A stretch of 64,000 nucleotides of DNA, taken from Thiobacillus sp. GTDB taxonomy: Bacteria; Pseudomonadota; Gammaproteobacteria; Burkholderiales; Thiobacillaceae. Positions 58,957 through 64,000 of the stretch are shown piece by piece. The position numbers and the translations under genes are program-made. The stretch lies in the NCBI GenBank assembly GCA_035428045.1, contig DAOMCT010000001.1:162899-226898 (forward strand), given 5' to 3'. Every line of letters begins with the position of its first letter. Within the stretch, counting starts at the first letter, position 1. The notes beneath the pieces were generated by a model that saw nothing but the letters and a program-made list of their open reading frames with translations, ran no database searches and had not been told where the DNA came from.

Positions 58957-60783
58957 TCAGTGATCGTTCGCCTGCAGCCACTGCTCCAGCATCATCACCA
59001 CCCAGATCATCACGCCGTAATAACTGGCATGCTGGCCGCGCTGCATGGCCAGCATGTGGTCGAGGTAGGCAGGCTGGATCCAGCCGCGCTGTTTGAAGCT
59101 GGCGAGGCTGTCGCCGACAAGTTCGCCGAGCGGCGCGTATTGCATGCTCCACACGCCGAACGGCAGGCCGAAGCCGTGCTTGCTCTTGTTGATGATTTTT
59201 TCCGGCAACAGGTCGGACAGCGCTTCCTTGAAAAACCAGCGCAACTTCTGGCCGCGCACCTGGTAATCCACCGGCAGATGGTTGGCGAAGGCGACCATGC
59301 GGTCGTCGAGCAGCGGGTAGCGCACCTCGATACCCGCTGCCTCGGTCATGCTGTTGACCTTGCGCAGATCGCTGTCGGCCAGAGTGAACTTCATGTCCAG
59401 ATGCATCATGCGGTTTATGTAGTGATCCGAACTGGTGCGTTCATAGACTTCGATCAGCGCGGCATCGGCAGTCGATGGATCCACCGCGTGGATGAAATCC
59501 GTGGTCAGCAGCTGGTCGAGCGGGGTGCGATGCAGGAAATTGTAGCTTTCCAGCCGTAGCGGCAAGCCGATGTTGGCCTGCTGCACGTAGCTCTTGAGTT
59601 TGGACAGCGGGAAGCGATTCGACAGCCCCGGCAGGTAGGCAAGCGGCTCGACCACGTTCTGGCGCAGCGCAACAGGCAGGCGGAAGTAGCTTTCGAACAG
59701 TTTCTGTTTGGCATAACGCGCATTGCCGCCGAAGATTTCGTCGCCGCCGTCGCCCGCCAGCATGCGCTCGAACCCGGCGGCGCGCGCGGCCTGGGCGCAA
59801 AAGTAGGTGGGCACGGCGGAAGCGTTGCCGAACGGTTCGTCGTAGGCCTGGGCAATCACCGGAACGGCGGTGACGATGTCGGCGGGCTTCAGGTAGTACT
59901 CGTGCGGGCGGCTGCCGAAGCGTTCGACGGCGCAGCGCGCGTATTCCATTTCGTCGAAGCCGGCGGCGTCAAAGCCGATGGAAAAGGTATCGACCGGCGC
60001 GCCGCGCGCAGCGGTCAGTGCACCGACGATGGTGGAGCTATCGGTGCCGCCGGAAAGGAATGCGGCGGTAGCCGGGCCATCGGCATCGCGCACTGACTGA
60101 TCGAGCACGCTGCGGAAATGTTCGCGGTGGGTGCGGAAGGGGGCGTCGACCGGAGTGTAATCGGCCTGCCAGTAATAGCGCGATTGAATTTGCCCGTTTT
60201 TCAGGGTGACCATCTGTCCGGGTAGCAGTTTGCGCACGCCCTGATAGAGGCTGCGCGGCGCGGGAATGGAATGGAAGTACAGGTAATCGTAAATCGCCTG
60301 CGGGTCGATGACGCGGCCGACGGCGGGATGCGCGGCCACGCTCTGGATGCTGCTGCCAAACACCAGCTGGCCGCCATGCTTGGCATAGCACAGGCGTTCG
60401 GCGCCGATGCGGTCGAGCACCAGGCAGGCCTGTTGCTTGTGGGGTTCGAGCACGGCAAACGCAAAATTGCCGCGCATCAGGGTCGGCAGTTTTTCGCCGT
60501 GGCGCAGCCAGCCGTGCGCAACGGCCACCGCCGGGTGTCGGTCCTGAGCCAGCGCGGCCAGTTCGGCGTCAAGAAAAACCGGGCGTCCAGTCAGGCTGGC
60601 GGCGAGGCCATTTTCGACATGGAGGTCGGCCTTGCCAAAGCGCGAACACGCAGCCACGCCGAATGCGGGGCTGCTGTGTTCTTTCAGGGGACTATCCGGG
60701 GGAAGACGGGCGGCCATCCCCATCTGTTTGATCAAATCCTGATGCGCGCCGTGGTCGCCCAGCCAGCCAAATATGCCATCCAT
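58957..60783 (-). CDS. Asparagine synthase-related protein lacking the N-terminal Cys
   Basis: Starts MDGIFG rather than MCGIxG; synthetase motifs LSGGTDSS, GDGGDE, VRYPLLD, KHGF retained. Confidence 0.85.
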   Translation of the reverse strand: MDGIFGWLGDHGAHQDLIKQMGMAARLPPDSPLKEHSSPAFGVAACSRFGKADLHVENGLAASLTGRPVFLDAELAALAQDRHPAVAVAHGWLRHGEKLPTLMRGNFAFAVLEPHKQQACLVLDRIGAERLCYAKHGGQLVFGSSIQSVAAHPAVGRVIDPQAIYDYLYFHSIPAPRSLYQGVRKLLPGQMVTLKNGQIQSRYYWQADYTPVDAPFRTHREHFRSVLDQSVRDADGPATAAFLSGGTDSSTIVGALTAARGAPVDTFSIGFDAAGFDEMEYARCAVERFGSRPHEYYLKPADIVTAVPVIAQAYDEPFGNASAVPTYFCAQAARAAGFERMLAGDGGDEIFGGNARYAKQKLFESYFRLPVALRQNVVEPLAYLPGLSNRFPLSKLKSYVQQANIGLPLRLESYNFLHRTPLDQLLTTDFIHAVDPSTADAALIEVYERTSSDHYINRMMHLDMKFTLADSDLRKVNSMTEAAGIEVRYPLLDDRMVAFANHLPVDYQVRGQKLRWFFKEALSDLLPEKIINKSKHGFGLPFGVWSMQYAPLGELVGDSLASFKQRGWIQPAYLDHMLAMQRGQHASYYGVMIWVVMMLEQWLQANDH

Positions 60784-60843
60784 GGTGTGTTGTGTCGGAG
60801 TGATGCGGGATAATGCCCGCCAATATATAACGAGCCGGTGATC

Positions 60844-60859
60844 AGGCACGAATTCTGCT
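60844..60859 (+). promoter_or_regulatory. Candidate sigma-54 promoter for the sulfotransferase-deacetylase-GT unit
   Basis: AGGCACGAATTCTGCT (GGCAC, GG-N10-GC) in the divergent intergenic region. Confidence 0.5.
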
Positions 60860-60924
60860 CATCGATTTACGGATTCCATCCCTGTGCAGCCGTGCCGGTT
60901 CGCGAACAATGAAAGCCCACGAGT

Positions 60925-61842
60925 TTGAATGAATTTTTCGACAAAGTAGCCAAAACGCTGGCCTACCACGCGCAACGACTGCTGCGCGGCGTGCGCGGCG
61001 TGCGCTGGAACCTGTCGCGCCGGCCTGCCCGTCGCCCGATCATCGTGGTGGGCTGTTCGCGTGCGGGTACCACGCTGGTCTACAAAATGCTGTCCGAATC
61101 GCACGAAATCGGCAGCCTGCAGCGTGAAACCCACGACTACTGGACCGACCTGCATCCGCTGTCGGATAAAAACTGGGACACCCATGCACTGGATGCGGCC
61201 GATGTCAGCCCGGCGGACCGCGACACCGTCAGCCGCTATTTTTACCGCTGGACGGGGAAGCATCGCTGGGTCGACAAGAACAACCAGAACGGCCTGTGCG
61301 TCCCCTATTTGACCACCCTGTTCCCGGACGCGGTACTCGTGTTCGTCAAGCGCAGCCCGGGCGACAACCTCAATTCCCTGATCGAAGGCTGGCGCAAGCC
61401 CGACGAATTCGCGACCTGGTCCAAGGATTTGCCGGCGACGGTGGCGGTGGAAAACGGCCAGTTGAAGGAATGGTGTTTTTTTCTTGCCAATGGCTGGCGT
61501 GACTATGTGAACGCACCGGTTGAGGACGTGGCCGCATTTCAATATCGGGCGATCAATCAGGCGATTCTTGAGGCCCGTGCGACGTTGCCCGGGGCGCAGT
61601 GGGTCGAGGTGTTTTACGAAGACTTCCTGCGTGACCCCGCCACCACCTTCCGCCAGGTGTTCGAAGGCTGTGGCCTGAAGTTTGATGCCGCGCTGCAGGC
61701 GCGTTGCGCCGAGGTGCTCGATACGCCGTTCAATGCGTTTTCCGAAATCCGTCTCGACAAATGGAAGGACGGCCGCAACCGTGAAAAAATCGAGCGCGTG
61801 TTGCCGCAGGTGGCGGACGTGGCCGGGCGGATGGGCTATTGA
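60925..61842 (+). CDS. Sulfotransferase family protein
   Basis: 5'-PSB loop VVGCSRAGTTL, HEIGSLQRET, VDKN, YEDFL.DP. TTG start uncertain. Confidence 0.8.
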   Translation: MNEFFDKVAKTLAYHAQRLLRGVRGVRWNLSRRPARRPIIVVGCSRAGTTLVYKMLSESHEIGSLQRETHDYWTDLHPLSDKNWDTHALDAADVSPADRDTVSRYFYRWTGKHRWVDKNNQNGLCVPYLTTLFPDAVLVFVKRSPGDNLNSLIEGWRKPDEFATWSKDLPATVAVENGQLKEWCFFLANGWRDYVNAPVEDVAAFQYRAINQAILEARATLPGAQWVEVFYEDFLRDPATTFRQVFEGCGLKFDAALQARCAEVLDTPFNAFSEIRLDKWKDGRNREKIERVLPQVADVAGRMGY

Positions 61843-63035
61843 TGAGCGTGCCGGTCCTGCTGCTCGCGCTGTGCCTGCTGTTGTGGGGCGGCGTGTTGCT
61901 GGCGTTCGCCGCGCCACTGGTGGCGCGCTGGCGCGAGCCGGTGCTGCGGTGCCCGGTGCTCATCATTGAAAGCGATGACTGGGGCGCGGGATCGCTGGCC
62001 CAGGCTGCGGCGCTGGTTCGTTTGTCGGGATTGCTGAAAGGGGTGCGCGATTCGCATGGCCGGGCGGCGGTGATGACGCTGGGGGTGGTGCTGGAGGTGC
62101 CGGACGGCGCGCGCATCGCGGCGAGCGGGGGCGAGGTGTATCACGCGTTGCCGCTGGCCGATGCGCGTTTCGACGCTGTGCGCCAGGCGATGCTGGCGGG
62201 GATTCGGGCGGGGGTGTTCGTTCCGCAATTGCATGGCCAGTGCCACTACTGGCCGGAGGCGGTGATGGCGGTCGCGCAAACCGATGGCGCGGTGCGCGAT
62301 TGGCTCTGCGCGGCCGAGCCTGCGGCAACCGAAGACCTGCCGTCGTACCTGCAAAGTCGCTGGATCGATGCGGGCAGCCTGCCGTCGCGCGCCTTGCCGG
62401 TTGACGCGATCCAGCGCGCCGTCGCTGCCGAAGCGCGGGCGTATCAAGCCGTGTTTGGCGAGCAGCCGCAGGTGGCCGTCGCCACCACTTTTGTCTGGAA
62501 CGAGGCGGTTGAAGCGGCCTGGCGCGAGGCGGGCGTGAACGTCATCATCACCCCGGGTCGTCGCGCGACCTGCCGCAATGCAAGCGGGCAGCCGGCATGT
62601 GTCGATGCACGGATGTTGACAGGCGAGCGTTCAGGTGCCGGACAAATCTATCTGGTGCGCGACGTGTATTTTGAACCGGCGCTGGGCCACGTTCCGCAAC
62701 GCGTGGTGGATGGCCTGCAATTGCGCACCTTGCAGGGGCGTGGCTGCCTGGTCGAAACCCATCGCTTCAACTTCCTGCGCGCACCTGAAGCGAGCTGCGT
62801 GGCGCTTGAGTCTGCCTTGCGCCAGGCGCTGGCCGCCTGTCCCGCATTGCGTTTCACCTCGCCGCTGGAACTGGCAAACGCGCTTCAGGCACGCGATGCG
62901 GAATGGGTTGAAACCCGGCTGCAGCCCCGCTTGCGGGCATGGCGTGCGCGGCTCGACGAGATCCCGCGCTTTCGCCGCATCGCGCAACTCAGCGGGCTGG
63001 CGCTGCCGCTGCGTCTGCTGGGAGGCGCAGCATGA
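61842..63035 (+). CDS. Membrane-anchored glycoside hydrolase/deacetylase-superfamily protein
   Basis: N-terminal TM; IESDDWG acidic pair; PQLHGQCH His pair; VETHRFNF. Confidence 0.6.
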   Translation: MSVPVLLLALCLLLWGGVLLAFAAPLVARWREPVLRCPVLIIESDDWGAGSLAQAAALVRLSGLLKGVRDSHGRAAVMTLGVVLEVPDGARIAASGGEVYHALPLADARFDAVRQAMLAGIRAGVFVPQLHGQCHYWPEAVMAVAQTDGAVRDWLCAAEPAATEDLPSYLQSRWIDAGSLPSRALPVDAIQRAVAAEARAYQAVFGEQPQVAVATTFVWNEAVEAAWREAGVNVIITPGRRATCRNASGQPACVDARMLTGERSGAGQIYLVRDVYFEPALGHVPQRVVDGLQLRTLQGRGCLVETHRFNFLRAPEASCVALESALRQALAACPALRFTSPLELANALQARDAEWVETRLQPRLRAWRARLDEIPRFRRIAQLSGLALPLRLLGGAA

Positions 63036-63961
63036 AGCCGCGTTTTTCCGTGGTCATTCCCGCTTACAACAGCGCGGCCACGCTGGTGCGCGCGATCGAG
63101 TCGGTGCGGGCCCAAAGCTGGCCCGCGCATGAAATCATCGTGGTGGATGACGGCTCGCGTGACGCCACCGCCGAGGTGGCGCGCCAGTTTGGCGACGCTG
63201 TGCGCCTGATCCAGCAGGCCAACAGCGGGGTGTCGGTGGCGCGCAACGCCGGGGCGGCAGCGGCCAGCGGCAACTGGCTGGCGTTTCTCGATGCGGATGA
63301 CTGGTATGCGCCGGATCGCATCAAGCTGCACGCCGAATGGATTGCCGAAGACCCCGGCCTGGATTTTCTGACCGGCGATTACGAATACCGCGATGCGGCG
63401 AACACGTTGCTCGGCACTTCGATGGCGCAGCACGCATCGGGACAGGCGATGCTGGCGAAATGCGGTGGCGCGCAGCGCGGGGTGATGGACACCCCCGCCG
63501 AGATCGCCGCCTTCGTCGCCGACCACTTTGGCGACACCCATACCCTGTCAGTTCCGCGTGCGCGTTTTATCCAGCTCGGCGGCTATCCCACCGGTTTCAA
63601 GGTGTGCGAAGACGTGCATTTTCTGACCCGGCTGGTGGCGCAGAGCCGCCGCATCGGCGTGGTGTGCCAGAGCCTGGGCGTGTATGCCATTCACGGCGGC
63701 AGCGCCACGCGCCGCGACCCGGTGGCGGCGCAGCGCGAAAACGTACGTACCCTGAATGATCTGGTGCGGCTGGCGACGCGGTTTCCGCTGCCGGTTCGCG
63801 AGGGGGTGGCTGCCCGCATGCAAAGCGCACGCTACAACCTGGCGTGCGCCCTGAGCAAAAGCGGCCAGCGCGGCGCAGCGGTTCGCGCCGTGTTGCCGTC
63901 GCTGGCCGCCGCCCCTGGCTGGACCAGCGTGCGCCAGGTGTTGTCGATGTTGAAAGGATGA
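63032..63961 (+). CDS. Glycosyltransferase family 2
   Basis: SVVIPAYN, VVDDGSRD, NSGVSVARN, FLDADD, CED. Confidence 0.93.
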   Translation: MKPRFSVVIPAYNSAATLVRAIESVRAQSWPAHEIIVVDDGSRDATAEVARQFGDAVRLIQQANSGVSVARNAGAAAASGNWLAFLDADDWYAPDRIKLHAEWIAEDPGLDFLTGDYEYRDAANTLLGTSMAQHASGQAMLAKCGGAQRGVMDTPAEIAAFVADHFGDTHTLSVPRARFIQLGGYPTGFKVCEDVHFLTRLVAQSRRIGVVCQSLGVYAIHGGSATRRDPVAAQRENVRTLNDLVRLATRFPLPVREGVAARMQSARYNLACALSKSGQRGAAVRAVLPSLAAAPGWTSVRQVLSMLKG

Positions 63962-63965
63962 AGTG

Positions 63966-64000
63966 GTGAATCGTTTTCTGGTGCTGACCGAGCTGTTCTT
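63966..64000 (+). CDS. Start of a probable glycosyltransferase (truncated at the window edge)
   Basis: GTG AAT CGT TTT CTG GTG CTG ACC GAG CTG TTC = MNRFLVLTELF, resembling GT4 N-termini. Confidence 0.45.
   Translation, partial: MNRFLVLTELF

Overview
High-GC betaproteobacterial chromosome segment. A Thiobacillus-like sulfur oxidiser is inferred from gene content and order and cannot be proven from the window. Left to right: a truncated PAS-domain gene; a P-loop ATPase-metA pair; an MCE/ABC lipid-transport operon; ampG; a 3.7-kb integrase-less accessory cassette (MntA-HepT toxin-antitoxin, an internally deleted MmeI-like restriction-methyltransferase, a Fic protein) between xth and ampG; pyrE; gatCAB with an inserted Cys-rich small gene; mreBCD-mrdAB-rlpA-dacA-dat-ybeD-lipB; a TrpD/YbiB-like gene plus Rieske ferredoxin preceded by a near-perfect IscR type-1 box; lipA; a stand-alone PEP-CTERM gene with a sigma-54 promoter; nodIJ-like ABC genes. 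From 35.7 kb to the end lies a large exosortase A (XrtA)/PEP-CTERM exopolysaccharide locus with tailoring genes (two sulfotransferases, an adenylate-forming enzyme, MBOAT plus SGNH-like protein, a second AsnB paralogue lacking Cys1, a deacetylase-like protein). Best leads: (1) the IscR-box-controlled TrpD-like/Rieske module, (2) a DacA/PBP5 with all three catalytic motifs degenerate, (3) the AMPylase-flanked defence cassette with a recognition-domain-less MmeI-like enzyme, (4) the sulfation/acylation module of the PEP-CTERM glycan. No tRNA, rRNA, CRISPR array or transposase was seen. All family assignments come from motifs recognised by eye; no database search was run.
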